Position numbers and translations under genes: made by a program
Source: a virus
Taxonomy: Duplodnaviria > Caudoviricetes
DNA length: 55,798 bases
Virus record (IMG/VR): IMGVR_UViG_3300036861_000985
Location: 1-55,798 of that record
Direction: 5' to 3' (one strand)
The notes under the pieces: model-generated
What the model saw: the letters and a program-made list of their open reading frames with translations, nothing else
Told to the model about the DNA's origin: nothing
Databases searched by the model: none
Shown here: one piece after another, positions 36,509-45,853 of the stretch
Numbering within the stretch: position 1 is the first letter of the stretch
How the letters are laid out: each line of letters starts with the position of its first letter

Positions 36509-36849
36509 CGAGCCTTCACGCCCAGGATCGCTGCCGCGACGGCGGCGATCTCCTTGCGCGGGATCTTCTCGGCCTGATCACGCCCGAACATCCCAGCGAA
36601 GACCGCAAACACGACGTCCTCGACACCGCGTGCCGTAATCGTCGCCGTGACCTTCTTGCCGGTCTTCCCAAGACTCACCGCGCAGTGGCCATGCGCGAGC
36701 AGCTCCACGAGCTTCTTCGCCTCGTGGTCGTACTCGTCGCTGGGCGCGCCGATCTTCACGAGCCCCATGAGATCCGCCTTCTTGAGCGACTTCTTCACGT
36801 GCTCCTCGAGCCGCTTCACGTCGCCGTAGATCTGGTTCACGAGGTTCAT
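36505..36849 (-). CDS. Hypothetical protein (DUF1871-like)
   Basis: D.MGLV..GAP.DEYD.E...I, F..MFG. Confidence 0.55.
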   Translation of the reverse strand: MNLVNQIYGDVKRLEEHVKKSLKKADLMGLVKIGAPSDEYDHEAKKLVELLAHGHCAVSLGKTGKKVTATITARGVEDVVFAVFAGMFGRDQAEKIPRKEIAAVAAAILGVKAR

Positions 36850-37040
36850 CGCTTCATCGCCTTCTTGATCGGGTCCAGGTCGTACGCCTCGACGCCCGCA
36901 TCACGGAGCATCTTCACGGTCAACCCGTCGCCGTCCATGCAGTTGCGTACGATCGTCGGCTGGTCGTGCTGCCGATCCACATTCGCGAGCGCCGCGGCAT
37001 ACCCGCAAAGCCACGCGTCCCGCTCCTTCTTCGTTCTCAT
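36846..37040 (-). CDS. Hypothetical phage protein
   Basis: MRTKKERDAWLCGYAAALA...AGVEAYDL. Confidence 0.55.
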   Translation of the reverse strand: MRTKKERDAWLCGYAAALANVDRQHDQPTIVRNCMDGDGLTVKMLRDAGVEAYDLDPIKKAMKR

Positions 37041-37483
37041 TCGAACGGCGCCCCGCGATTCATCCAGTCGGCGAGCACGGCCAGCATCGCTTCCTTGATC
37101 GACTTGAACTTCCGCACCTCTTGCAGACGCTGTAGCGCCGCGTACTCCCTGGGCGGAACCTTCACGCCTACAGTCTTCGCGCCTGACGGATCCGGCGTTG
37201 CCGGTCGACGTGCCTTCTTGTCGCTGCTCTTGCCTGCCATCTCCGGCTCCGGTTCCACGTGCTCCGCTCCCTCGCCCTCGATGTCGAACGACGCAGGCGG
37301 CCGAGGGCCCAGCTCCCTGCGAGGAAGCGGTCGAGCCCCGCTGCCTTTTTGCGGCGGACGCACGAGCGGCGTCTTCTTGACGTCGCTCGGCAGCTCGCCC
37401 GTCCACTTCTTGCGGCGTCCCGTGTCGATGTCCGACTTGAACTTCTCCAACCGCTTCTGGACCTGACTCAGCATGCCCGACAT
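37037..37483 (-). CDS. Hypothetical protein with possible C-terminal ribbon-helix-helix
   Basis: KTVGVKVPPREYAALQRL...SIKEAMLAVLADW after a disordered N-terminus. Confidence 0.6.
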   Translation of the reverse strand: MSGMLSQVQKRLEKFKSDIDTGRRKKWTGELPSDVKKTPLVRPPQKGSGARPLPRRELGPRPPASFDIEGEGAEHVEPEPEMAGKSSDKKARRPATPDPSGAKTVGVKVPPREYAALQRLQEVRKFKSIKEAMLAVLADWMNRGAPFE

Positions 37484-37909
37484 CTAGTCTTCCTCGACGA
37501 TGCGCAACGCCAGGTGGAGCGCGTGCTTCCGGCACAACGGGTGCCGCCCGACCTGCTCGCAGCGATGGCCGTCCACGAACGAACACGGCTCGTCCGCGCC
37601 GGGCGGCGGATCTTCGTCGAACATCTTCGCCGCCTCGACGAGCGGCGCGTACTTCGCGACCATCGCGGCGTGCTCCGACTCCTGGTTCTGCGCCCAGCCA
37701 AACAAGCCGCGCATAGGCAGCACCTTGCCGTGGTAGTCCATCAGCGTCGGGAAGGTAGCCGCCAGACGTCCGTTGAGCACCACGATGAGACCGTCCCAGC
37801 CGACGTAGACGCCGTCGGGGATCGAGACGGCGTCGCCGATCGCGACGTCCTTCATCATCGGCTCACCAGCCTTCGTCTGGATGCCGTTGTACTCGTCGTA
37901 GATGCCCAC
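37484..37909 (-). CDS. Hypothetical protein
   Basis: MGIYDEYNGIQTKAG...IGDAV.IPDGVY. Confidence 0.6.
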   Translation of the reverse strand: MGIYDEYNGIQTKAGEPMMKDVAIGDAVSIPDGVYVGWDGLIVVLNGRLAATFPTLMDYHGKVLPMRGLFGWAQNQESEHAAMVAKYAPLVEAAKMFDEDPPPGADEPCSFVDGHRCEQVGRHPLCRKHALHLALRIVEED

Positions 37910-38082
37910 GCTCGTTCTGACCTTTCACACGCGCGAGCATCGGCAGGCATCTCGGAAGGAAGGAGTTAGAACCCTCCGGTGACCAGGCCCTGCGCGATGC
38001 CCTCCTAGAAACTGCTCGGTCTAGTTGCCGTCCTGCGTTTGTCCCTGGATTTCTCCCCGGCACCGGAGGCGCCGGTGAAGAT

Positions 38083-38643
38083 CTAGCGCTCCTCGACGCC
38101 GAGAAGGTCCGACTCGTGGAGGATGATGTGGCGCACCTCGCCGATCTGCACCTCCGAGCCGTGGTACTTGCCGACGAACACGATGTCGCCCGTCTTGACC
38201 TGCGGTTCGAGACGGCGGCCGTCGTCGAGCAGCCGGCCCGGCCCCACTGCGACCACCTCGGCGCGCGCCGCGGGGCGGTTGTCCTGCGCCGTGTCGGGGA
38301 TGTGGATGCCACCCGCGCTCACGCGCTCGCGCTCCATCACCTTCACCAGAACACGGTCACCCATCGGGCGCAGCTTGCTCATCTCGTCCATGGTCTCGTT
38401 CTCCTCGTTCTCTTCGTCCAGCGCATCGTCGTCGAAGTCGCCCCATGCACTTCGCAGCGAGTCCAACATCTGACGCAGGAATCTGTCCGAGCCCATCTCC
38501 TTGATGGCTCGCTTCGCGGCCTTGATCCACATCTCGTCCGGCACGAGCTGCTCGAACGGACCGAAGCCAGCATACGTGGGGTCGCAGATCGTCGCCGCTA
38601 CCGACGTCTCCGTCCACTTCTCGCCTTCGAGCCCCGCCGACAT
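38083..38643 (-). CDS. groES: Co-chaperonin GroES with an in-frame 84-aa N-terminal domain (internal start possible at 38391)
   Basis: LRPMGDRVLVK, GGIHIPDTA, EVVAVGPG, VKTGD.V...KY.G.EV, ESDLLG. Confidence 0.9.
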   Translation of the reverse strand: MSAGLEGEKWTETSVAATICDPTYAGFGPFEQLVPDEMWIKAAKRAIKEMGSDRFLRQMLDSLRSAWGDFDDDALDEENEENETMDEMSKLRPMGDRVLVKVMERERVSAGGIHIPDTAQDNRPAARAEVVAVGPGRLLDDGRRLEPQVKTGDIVFVGKYHGSEVQIGEVRHIILHESDLLGVEER

Positions 38644-38649
38644 CGCCGG

Positions 38650-38700
38650 ATAGTGAGACCTGTCGGACAGGTTGTCAACGACCATCCTGCCTGATAGGAT
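38650..38700. promoter_or_regulatory. Divergent promoters, each with an operator: minus TTGACA-17-CACTAT, plus TTGTCA-17-TAGGAT
   Basis: CCTGTCGGACAGG at 38659-38671 and degenerate CCTGCCTGATAGG at 38686-38698. Confidence 0.8.
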
Positions 38701-38710
38701 TCGCGAAACC

Positions 38711-38917
38711 ATGCGCACCCCGGCCGAGAGAAGAAGCGAAACGCTCAGGCGCTTGCGCGGCGCGGTCTACGCGGCCGTCATCGCCGGGGCCACAGACGAC
38801 GAGATCACCCGCGAGATCGAAGACGCTGTGGCCTCCGGCGACGATGACCTTGTCAGAGGAACGTGGGATACGGACTACCCGGGGTCTCGTCGTCGTCGCG
38901 GACTGCGTCGTCGCTAG
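38711..38917 (+). CDS. Hypothetical protein
   Basis: ATG 10 nt after the plus-strand -10. Confidence 0.55.
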   Translation: MRTPAERRSETLRRLRGAVYAAVIAGATDDEITREIEDAVASGDDDLVRGTWDTDYPGSRRRRGLRRR

Positions 38918-38990
38918 TACCCGGGGTATTCATCGTGCCAGGAAGCGCGACCCACTTCGCCCGGATGCCGGTGCTGTCCTAGGTAGGACA

Positions 38991-40448
38991 TCACCCGATC
39001 TTGGTGACCCCATTAGGCGGAGGCATCGAGTACACGCGGCCATCCGCGTCGATCGCCAATGCGGGCGCCGTCGTACCGTCCGGAAGTACCTGCATCGCGC
39101 GCTCGCTGATCGTCACGATGCCCGTCGCTGTCCCACGCGGATAGAGTTTGAATCGAACGGCGTCTCCGGGATGAAGATCGCGACCGTTCCGATCCTGCGC
39201 GGGAGCGTACTCCACCGTCGTTTCGAGCGGTGCTGCCGTCGCAGTCTCGGCGCCGCCACGCAGTTCGCTGTACCACCGAAAGGCTGCGCGCTGCGCAGTG
39301 CCGTGCGTCGGGAGCCGCCCATGTCCGGTCGAGACAAGCGCGAAGCTGTCTCCCCACGCAGCGGCGGGATCGCCGCCAGGCTCTTCGCCGCCAGCGCGCT
39401 TCGGCAGAAGCGCTATCTGCGTTAGTGCACCCTCCGGAAGGAGGACCAGCGCCGTGCCCTGAGGCTCACCATCTTTCCACGGGAAGACCACCGAACCGAC
39501 CGGAAGTTCTGCGACATCGGCCGCGCGAAGAAGCGTCATGCCAGCATTTGACACCATGGCGCTCTGCCGGTGGGCTCCGATCGGCAGTTCCGGCACCCTC
39601 ACCCCGTCGTACCGATCGTCGACGAAGACGGCATGGCCGGGGTCGGTGATGACGTTCACGAGGCCGCCGTGATCACCGCGGTACGCGCGACCGATGTTTC
39701 CGCCGTGCACATCGGCGAGCAGGATGCCGTGGTCTTCGAAATAGAAGCGCAGCGCTCCGCCGACGAGGTGGACACCGTTGGTGTTCTCCATCATGTCGAA
39801 GCACCAATCCAAGATCCAGTACAGCACCTGCGCTCGGAACGGGCCGCGTGGCGCGCGACGCGTCAGCGACGTCCTCATGTGCTGGTCTTCGTCTCGCCCA
39901 GACCGGAAGACGTCATCGGCGATCTCGAACGCTACATCGCGCGCCCGATTGTCATCGCCGAGCGGCGCGTGATCCTTCTGCTCGCGAACCAGTGCGGCGG
40001 CAGCCTTGAATGTGTAGACGAGGCGCATCGCCTCTTCGTCTACGTATCGAAGATTGTCGGGCTGATGCAGGCTTGCTCGCTGAATCCCGACGTCATCGGC
40101 TTCTTCGCGCCAAATCACGAAGACGCCGCGGTTCCGAAGTTTCTCAGGGAGCGCGACGATGCGCTCGTAGCGCACGATGCCGTCGGGAAACTCGCCGATC
40201 GAGAGAGCAGACGCAACGAACGCGGCCTCAGTGGGATCGCTCGTCACCTTCATGACGATGCCGTCCGAGTGCGTCGGCATGACGGTGCCGTAGTGGCCGG
40301 TCCCCAGCTCCTCCACCTCGACGCGCTTGCCCTTCGTCGGCGCGCCCACGGTCGTGAGGAGCGGCATACGCTCTTCGCCCACGAGACGCTCCAGGTCGCC
40401 CCAGAACTGCGTGAGCGTCCGATTCACCCAGGCGGGGTTCGGCTGCAT
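38991..40448 (-). CDS. Protein-kinase-like fold protein with extra C-terminal domains
   Basis: LGTGHYGTV (Gly loop), VMKVT, E, LADVHGGNIG (catalytic loop), ITDPG. Confidence 0.7.
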   Translation of the reverse strand: MQPNPAWVNRTLTQFWGDLERLVGEERMPLLTTVGAPTKGKRVEVEELGTGHYGTVMPTHSDGIVMKVTSDPTEAAFVASALSIGEFPDGIVRYERIVALPEKLRNRGVFVIWREEADDVGIQRASLHQPDNLRYVDEEAMRLVYTFKAAAALVREQKDHAPLGDDNRARDVAFEIADDVFRSGRDEDQHMRTSLTRRAPRGPFRAQVLYWILDWCFDMMENTNGVHLVGGALRFYFEDHGILLADVHGGNIGRAYRGDHGGLVNVITDPGHAVFVDDRYDGVRVPELPIGAHRQSAMVSNAGMTLLRAADVAELPVGSVVFPWKDGEPQGTALVLLPEGALTQIALLPKRAGGEEPGGDPAAAWGDSFALVSTGHGRLPTHGTAQRAAFRWYSELRGGAETATAAPLETTVEYAPAQDRNGRDLHPGDAVRFKLYPRGTATGIVTISERAMQVLPDGTTAPALAIDADGRVYSMPPPNGVTKIG

Positions 40449-40453
40449 GGCGA

Positions 40454-41401
40454 TCAGTTGTGGCGCCAGTAAACGAAGCCCGACGGCGTGTCGTGCAGCG
40501 TGCCGTCGTAGGGCGAGAGGAAGTGGCCTACGCCGTCCACGTTGACGGCCTCCTGCGCGGCGGCGTCGATGTCGAAGCCCACCATCTCCATCGCCTTGCC
40601 GGTCGCTTCCTCACCGTAGATCTCTTCGAGCCACTGCATCGGATCTTTGAGCTGCGCCTTCGCCTGGCTCTCGGCCAGTTCGTCGATCTGCGCATTCGTG
40701 GGATCGGGACGGTCGCCATCCTCGTCCTCGTCAGGAGCCGTGAAACCTTCCGCCTCGTACGCATCCCAGAAGTCGCCCGGACGCATCTGGTCGGCGTCCT
40801 CGAAGCGCATGTCGTACACGTCGCTGTAGAGCGCGTCGCGGAGCTTGCCCGTGTCGATGTGCGACTCGAGAAAGCTCTTATTGAAAATCTCGGGCTCGTT
40901 CTCGAGATCTTGTTTCACCATCGCGAGTGCCAGCTCTTCGGCCTGGTCTTCGTTTTCGGCGACGTAGTACTCCTCGTGACCCGACTCCACGAGGTAAATC
41001 TTGCCAGCGCCGAAGTCGGCGTAGTGGCTCTCGCGAATCGCGAGGCGGTCCACCCCCAGCTCCTTCGCCATCTCCTTCCCGACGGCATCCTCGTCGTCGA
41101 AGTCGACCTGCTTACGCGCTGCGCGCTTCGGGTTCCTCTTGGCCATGGCCAAGCCTACCACGCGCGTCGCTTGATCGTCATGCGCGTCCCAGTCGTCGGG
41201 ACGACCCCACGCTCCGCGGCCGAACCTGAAGCCGTTGTCCTTGAACCACTTCTTCTCGACGGCGCTCGTGAGCCGACCGAGCTTCATGACCCAGCCATGC
41301 ACGTACGGAGAGTGGGGCGGGTTGCCGCTCCACAGGACGCGCTTGAACTTCTCGCCGAGAAGAGAGTCTGGGATCGGCGTCTTCGTCAGCAGCGTATCCA
41401 C
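40454..41401 (-). CDS. Hypothetical protein with acidic C-terminal domain
   Basis: Protein-like composition; start uncertain. Confidence 0.6.
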   Translation of the reverse strand: MDTLLTKTPIPDSLLGEKFKRVLWSGNPPHSPYVHGWVMKLGRLTSAVEKKWFKDNGFRFGRGAWGRPDDWDAHDDQATRVVGLAMAKRNPKRAARKQVDFDDEDAVGKEMAKELGVDRLAIRESHYADFGAGKIYLVESGHEEYYVAENEDQAEELALAMVKQDLENEPEIFNKSFLESHIDTGKLRDALYSDVYDMRFEDADQMRPGDFWDAYEAEGFTAPDEDEDGDRPDPTNAQIDELAESQAKAQLKDPMQWLEEIYGEEATGKAMEMVGFDIDAAAQEAVNVDGVGHFLSPYDGTLHDTPSGFVYWRHN

Positions 41402-41403
41402 CG

Positions 41404-41601
41404 CTAGCTGATGTTCCTCTTCGCCTGCATCGCGTTGCGCGCTTCGCGAACGAAGTCCTGCGGCTCCATCTGCTTGAACTTCTCGCACATGGGCATCGCG
41501 TGACTGAGCCCGTCCGGGCGCCCGCTCACGTCCATCGTGTACCCGAAGTCCTTGCCGCAGAAAGGACACTCGCCGATGCGGCTGCCCCGAGCGAACGCCA
41601 T
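41404..41601 (-). CDS. Small zinc-binding protein
   Basis: CPFCG...H..P.C..F. Confidence 0.6.
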   Translation of the reverse strand: MAFARGSRIGECPFCGKDFGYTMDVSGRPDGLSHAMPMCEKFKQMEPQDFVREARNAMQAKRNIS

Positions 41602-41708
41602 TTAGTGACCGGTCAGGCTGTAGGCGATCCACGTGATGAGCGTAGCCCACAGCAGCACGGAGCACGACCAGAACACGGCTCGCTCTGCCTTGCCCACGTT
41701 GCCCATGC

Positions 41709-44165
41709 TCAACTCTCCGCGTCGAACCAGTCGAACGCCGGCTCCACTGCGCCGCCCGGGTTCGCCGCGAGCGCTGACGTGAAGAGCGAGCCGAAGACGG
41801 CCGAGACCGCGTCCTCCTCGCTCATCGCGACGCCGTCGACGACTGCGGCGATCGTCGAGACCTTGTCCTTGAGGAGGTTCGAGATCGCGACGTCGATCGT
41901 GCCGGCGCCGTCCATGTAGGTGATCTGCACCGCGTTCTTCTGCCCGATGCGGTGGATGCGGTCCTCTGCCTGCACGAGGTCTGCCGGGCGCCACGCGCGC
42001 TCGATGAACAGCATTTCCTGCGCGGCCGTCAGCGTGATACCGACGCCAGCCGCGAGGATCGAGCAGACGATGACGTCGAGGTCTCCACCCTGGAACGCGT
42101 CGATGCTCACCTGACGCGTCGGCTGCGGATCGCTGCCGAGGATCGTGCCGACACGCAGGCCGGCCTCGCGCAGCTCGCTGATGATCTCCTGGAGCGCCGA
42201 TGCGTGATGCCCCATGACGACGAGCGGCCGACCGGTGCTCTCCTTGTGCTCCTTGATCCACTCGACGGCCGCCGGTGCCTTACCCTCGGCCGCGAGGCGA
42301 CGCAGCGCCGTCATCTTCACGAGAGCCTCGGCCTTGCGAGCAGCGTTGACCGCCTTCGGACCGCCTTGCTGCCGTACCCACTCGATGAACTCCTCGACGG
42401 CGAAGCGATAGGCCTTCGCGCGCTCTTCTTCGAGAACGACCTCCATGCTCCCGCGCTGCTTCTCCGGCAGGTCTTGCAGCACCTCGGCCTTGAGACGGCG
42501 GAGCATGTACTTCCCGACGATGCGCTCGTGCAGTTCCTGCTCGTTGCTGCTGCCCGAGAAGTCCCAGCCGAAGCGGCCCCTGTAGCCAGCGCAGTAGCGG
42601 AGGCCGAACGAGAAGAACTTGTCCCACGTCTTCGGGTCGATGATGTGCAGGAGCGGCCACAGCTCGTTCGGGCGGTTCAGGATGGGCGTGCCGGTGAGCA
42701 AAAGCCTGCGACGCACATGACGAGCGATCGTCGCGCCGGCTGCGGCGCGCTTCGAGCCCGCGTACACCATCTCGCCGCCACCTTCGGACGTCGGACCGAC
42801 GTCAGCGTCCTTGGCGCCCTTCTTCTTCAGCTTGAGCGTCTTGAGGTAGTGCGCTTCGTCGGCGACGAGCGTCGTCCACTTCCGCGAGAGCAACGTCTCG
42901 ACATGCGCATCGACGATGTCGTAGTTGCAGATGACGACGTCCGCGACGAGCGTGCGAGGATCGATCGGCTTGCGACCCGAGATGATCTGCGACGTCAGCT
43001 CGGGACGCCACCTCGCGATCTCTCTCACCCAGTTCACGCGCAGCGTCGCGGGGCACAACACGAGCACCGGCGGGTCCACCGCGATGATCGACTGCAGGGT
43101 CTTGCCGGTGCCTTGCTCATCGGCCAGCAGCCCAGACCCCACGCTGTCCATCCAGCGCACACCTTCGATCTGATAGTTGAACATCGTCTCGGGGATCTTT
43201 CGATCCACCGGCGGCAACTTCTCCGGTGCCTGCGCTCCCGCGGCGTGCGCGTCATCGCGCTCTGTCTTGTCCGCCTGCGCCTCGATCGCCTTCACCTCGG
43301 ACGCCGGCAACGGACGCACCTCCGCGAGCGAGAGGAACTCGAAACCGCGACGGCCAGGGATCTTCAACCCGACGCGCGGCGCGCTGTCGCTCCCGCCGAC
43401 CCAGCCGACCTCGTACTCCTTGCCGTCCGGACCGATGACCCGGTCGCCCTTCGTGACCTTGACGGGCGCCGGCTTCTCGCCGGTCTGCTCGGTCGGCGGA
43501 CCCGCAGGCGGCGTCACCGGCGGCGCGACGGGCTGGGCCACCATGGGAATCGGGAACGCGCTCCCGTCCGCGTCGAGCGCGATCTCTCCCGGGAAGCCCG
43601 CGACGAGCGCGTTGATCGCCTCTTGCAACCGGTCTTTCGGCACCGACCAATGCGGCGCCGGGTGCTTCGAGAAACGGCGCCCAGGGACGTTCTTGATCGC
43701 CGCGACGAACGCCGCGTTGTAGGGCGTGAAGATGCGCAGGTCGTTGCCGGCCGCCTCGATGCGGACCTGACTCCCCGAGAAGTGCATCTCGGCGATCTTC
43801 CCCGCCGTCGTGTGGTAGCCGGCCGCCTGCGCGATCCCGTGCGCGGCCGTGAGCGCTTCCTTCGAATGCGGACCGCCGAACTCGGCGGCGATGGCGGCGT
43901 GCCAGATCGCGCGCTGGACGGCGCCCTTCGTGTCCCCGGAGCGCAGGTACGGCAGCACGTCCGCCTTCAACTTCTCCGGCGCCGTGTCCACCATCAGCTC
44001 GAGCTTCTCCCGGTCCACGGGACCAGGCGCGCCGACCACACCGTACTTCCCCCGACAGTCCGGTCCGGCGCCAGCCTCGACGCTCACCGCGTCCACGAGC
44101 GGGCGGTCACAGAACACGCACCGCGTCGCCATCTGGCGCGTGTTGATCGCGTCTTCGTAGCTCAT
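41709..44165 (-). CDS. SNF2 helicase with N-terminal DUF6011-like Zn finger and HARP-like domain (SMARCAL1-like)
   Basis: CVFCDRPL.D..S...G.GPDC; PYNAAFVAAIK.VPGRRF...W; ADEQGTGKT, DEAH, LTGTP, LRRLK, GITLT, QAEDRIHRIGQ. Confidence 0.9.
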   Translation of the reverse strand: MSYEDAINTRQMATRCVFCDRPLVDAVSVEAGAGPDCRGKYGVVGAPGPVDREKLELMVDTAPEKLKADVLPYLRSGDTKGAVQRAIWHAAIAAEFGGPHSKEALTAAHGIAQAAGYHTTAGKIAEMHFSGSQVRIEAAGNDLRIFTPYNAAFVAAIKNVPGRRFSKHPAPHWSVPKDRLQEAINALVAGFPGEIALDADGSAFPIPMVAQPVAPPVTPPAGPPTEQTGEKPAPVKVTKGDRVIGPDGKEYEVGWVGGSDSAPRVGLKIPGRRGFEFLSLAEVRPLPASEVKAIEAQADKTERDDAHAAGAQAPEKLPPVDRKIPETMFNYQIEGVRWMDSVGSGLLADEQGTGKTLQSIIAVDPPVLVLCPATLRVNWVREIARWRPELTSQIISGRKPIDPRTLVADVVICNYDIVDAHVETLLSRKWTTLVADEAHYLKTLKLKKKGAKDADVGPTSEGGGEMVYAGSKRAAAGATIARHVRRRLLLTGTPILNRPNELWPLLHIIDPKTWDKFFSFGLRYCAGYRGRFGWDFSGSSNEQELHERIVGKYMLRRLKAEVLQDLPEKQRGSMEVVLEEERAKAYRFAVEEFIEWVRQQGGPKAVNAARKAEALVKMTALRRLAAEGKAPAAVEWIKEHKESTGRPLVVMGHHASALQEIISELREAGLRVGTILGSDPQPTRQVSIDAFQGGDLDVIVCSILAAGVGITLTAAQEMLFIERAWRPADLVQAEDRIHRIGQKNAVQITYMDGAGTIDVAISNLLKDKVSTIAAVVDGVAMSEEDAVSAVFGSLFTSALAANPGGAVEPAFDWFDAES

Positions 44166-44222
44166 GGAACGGCCGCCGGAAGCATGGCCCGAGGCTACCA
44201 CACGGCCCGTGTCACCGTCCAC

Positions 44223-44280
44223 GCTCGACATCCTGTCCGACAGGTTATCAATGGTCAAGCGCTTTCGAACGCGCTAGAGT
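44223..44280. promoter_or_regulatory. Operator-containing divergent promoter region
   Basis: CCTGTCCGACAGG at 44232-44244 next to TTGATA (minus); alternative minus promoter TTGACC-17-CAGGAT; plus-strand TGGTCA-17-TAGAGT before ATG 44289. Confidence 0.7.
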
Positions 44281-44288
44281 CCTGTGCG

Positions 44289-44672
44289 ATGAGCGACAGC
44301 CCCGACTACCCTCCCGTCATCTGGTTCGTGTGGACCATCCACGAGGCGCTACGCCGCCTCGGATTCATCTCCGACGACATCTTCGTCCACGCCGATCCTC
44401 TCGGTACCGTCGCCGTCGAGCTGCGCACGCAAAACAAGTCCTTCAGCGCCGTCGTCGGTCCCTCCGGCATGACGCAGGCCGGCTTCGTCGCTGCCTGGTA
44501 TGACTTCGCCACCAACCTCAGCTCAAACAAGATCTCGCAAGACGACCTCGTCAAGCGCTGGGACGAGTCGCGCGCGAAGCACGACCCCTCGTTCATCACC
44601 GCGCTTCTCAACGCAGGCTTCACGTTCCCGCGCGAGAACGAAGACGAACCGAAGCCGGCCGACCTGAACTGA
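44289..44672 (+). CDS. Hypothetical protein
   Basis: MSDSPDYPPVIWFVWTIHEALRRLGF...; has its own promoter. Confidence 0.65.
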   Translation: MSDSPDYPPVIWFVWTIHEALRRLGFISDDIFVHADPLGTVAVELRTQNKSFSAVVGPSGMTQAGFVAAWYDFATNLSSNKISQDDLVKRWDESRAKHDPSFITALLNAGFTFPRENEDEPKPADLN

Positions 44673-44674
44673 TC

Positions 44675-44790
44675 GTGACCACGCCATCACTTGCGCAAAA
44701 GCACTGAGGTGACGGCTTCTCGGAGCTACGCAGCGACACTGCGCGCCTCCCGCAGGCTGAGCCCCAGCCTGTACACATTCCGCGCCGCAT
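44675..44790 (-). ncRNA. Putative TnpB omega/reRNA scaffold and IS200/IS605 right end
   Basis: GAAGCCGTCAC...GTGATGGCG hairpin ending GGTCAC at 44675, directly after and overlapping the tnpB 3' end; 5' boundary approximate. Confidence 0.6.
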
Positions 44791-45853
44791 TTACGTCGCG
44801 GTCCAGCACCAGCCCGCACCCGGGGCACTCGTGTACCCGAACCGACAGGTCCTTCGGCACGTGTGCCTGACAGTCCGAGCACGTCTGCGAAGTCCCGCGC
44901 GGGTCCACCAGCACTACCTCGCGGCCGGCGCTTTCAGCCTTGCTCACGAGGATGCTGATGAACTGCGTCCAGCCCGCGTCGTGTACCGACTTGGCTAGCG
45001 CTCCCGCTGCGAGACCCTTCACGTTCAAGTCTTCCACCGCGATCCAGTCGTTCTGTTTCACCAGGCGCAGCGCGATCTTCCGATGATCGTCACGACGCTG
45101 CCGCGCCACTTTCAGGTGCAGTTTTGCGAGCACCGCCTTCGTCTTCTTGCGACGGTTGCTGCCGCGCTTCTTCGTTGACAGCTCGCGCTGAAGCTCCGCG
45201 AGCCGCTCCTGCGCATGCCGGCCTCGGCGCTCGTTCTCGATGAGCGTGCCGTCGCTGAGAGCAGCGAACGTCATTAGTCCCAGGTCGATGCCGATGCCGC
45301 GCCCGGTAGCCAGTAGCGGCTTCGCCGCGACGTCGGCGCAGACGAAGTCGGCGTACCAGTGGTCGTCGCCAAGACGGATGATGCGAATCTGTTTGAGCTT
45401 CCCCTCGTGTTCACGGTGGAGCTTGATTTTGACGTTGCCGATACCGTGGACGTAGAGACGCTTGCCGCCGGACACGAGACGGACACCATTGCGATGGGCC
45501 GCGTCCTTGAATGTGAAACTGTGGTACCGGTCGCGAGACTTAAAGCGAGGGTAGCCAGGCTTCTCACCGGATTTACAGCGGCGGAAGAATGACTTGAACG
45601 CGAGGTCCGCGCGCAGAACGACATCTTGGAGCAAATGGAAGTGGACGTCGCCGTAGTCAGGGTCGGCGTCACGGATGGCCTTGAGCTGCGTGTCCTGCAT
45701 CTTCTTGCTGACCGAAATGCTCTGGCGCTTCCATGCGGTGCTGCGCTCTTCGATGCAGGCGTTGTAGAGACCGCGCAGAAGCCAGAGCGTTCTAAAGAGC
45801 GCAAAACTCTGTGAGCGCGACGGGTACAGGCGGTAGCGGTAGACGCGGTTCAC
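44726..45853 (-). mobile_element. tnpB: IS200/IS605-family RNA-guided endonuclease TnpB (no TnpA nearby)
   Basis: YRYRLYP, GYPRFK, RuvC motifs GIDLG / AVEDL / DRDVNAARN, Zn finger CSDC...CPGC. Confidence 0.95.

Noticed and set aside
37941-38030. tRNA suggested by GGTTCTAACTCC on the minus strand
   Set aside because: No cloverleaf can be built and the T-loop consensus is not met.
30343-38879. Partner end for the IS1-like element (CACTACG at 30354, GACTACC at 38873)
   Set aside because: Only 6-8 bases match and there is no target-site duplication.
41952-44288. Long antisense ORFs (for example 41952-44672 upstream of 44289, 53692-55236, 11904-13232, 17062-18123)
   Set aside because: They are shadow frames opposite recognisable genes in GC-rich DNA, with no motifs.
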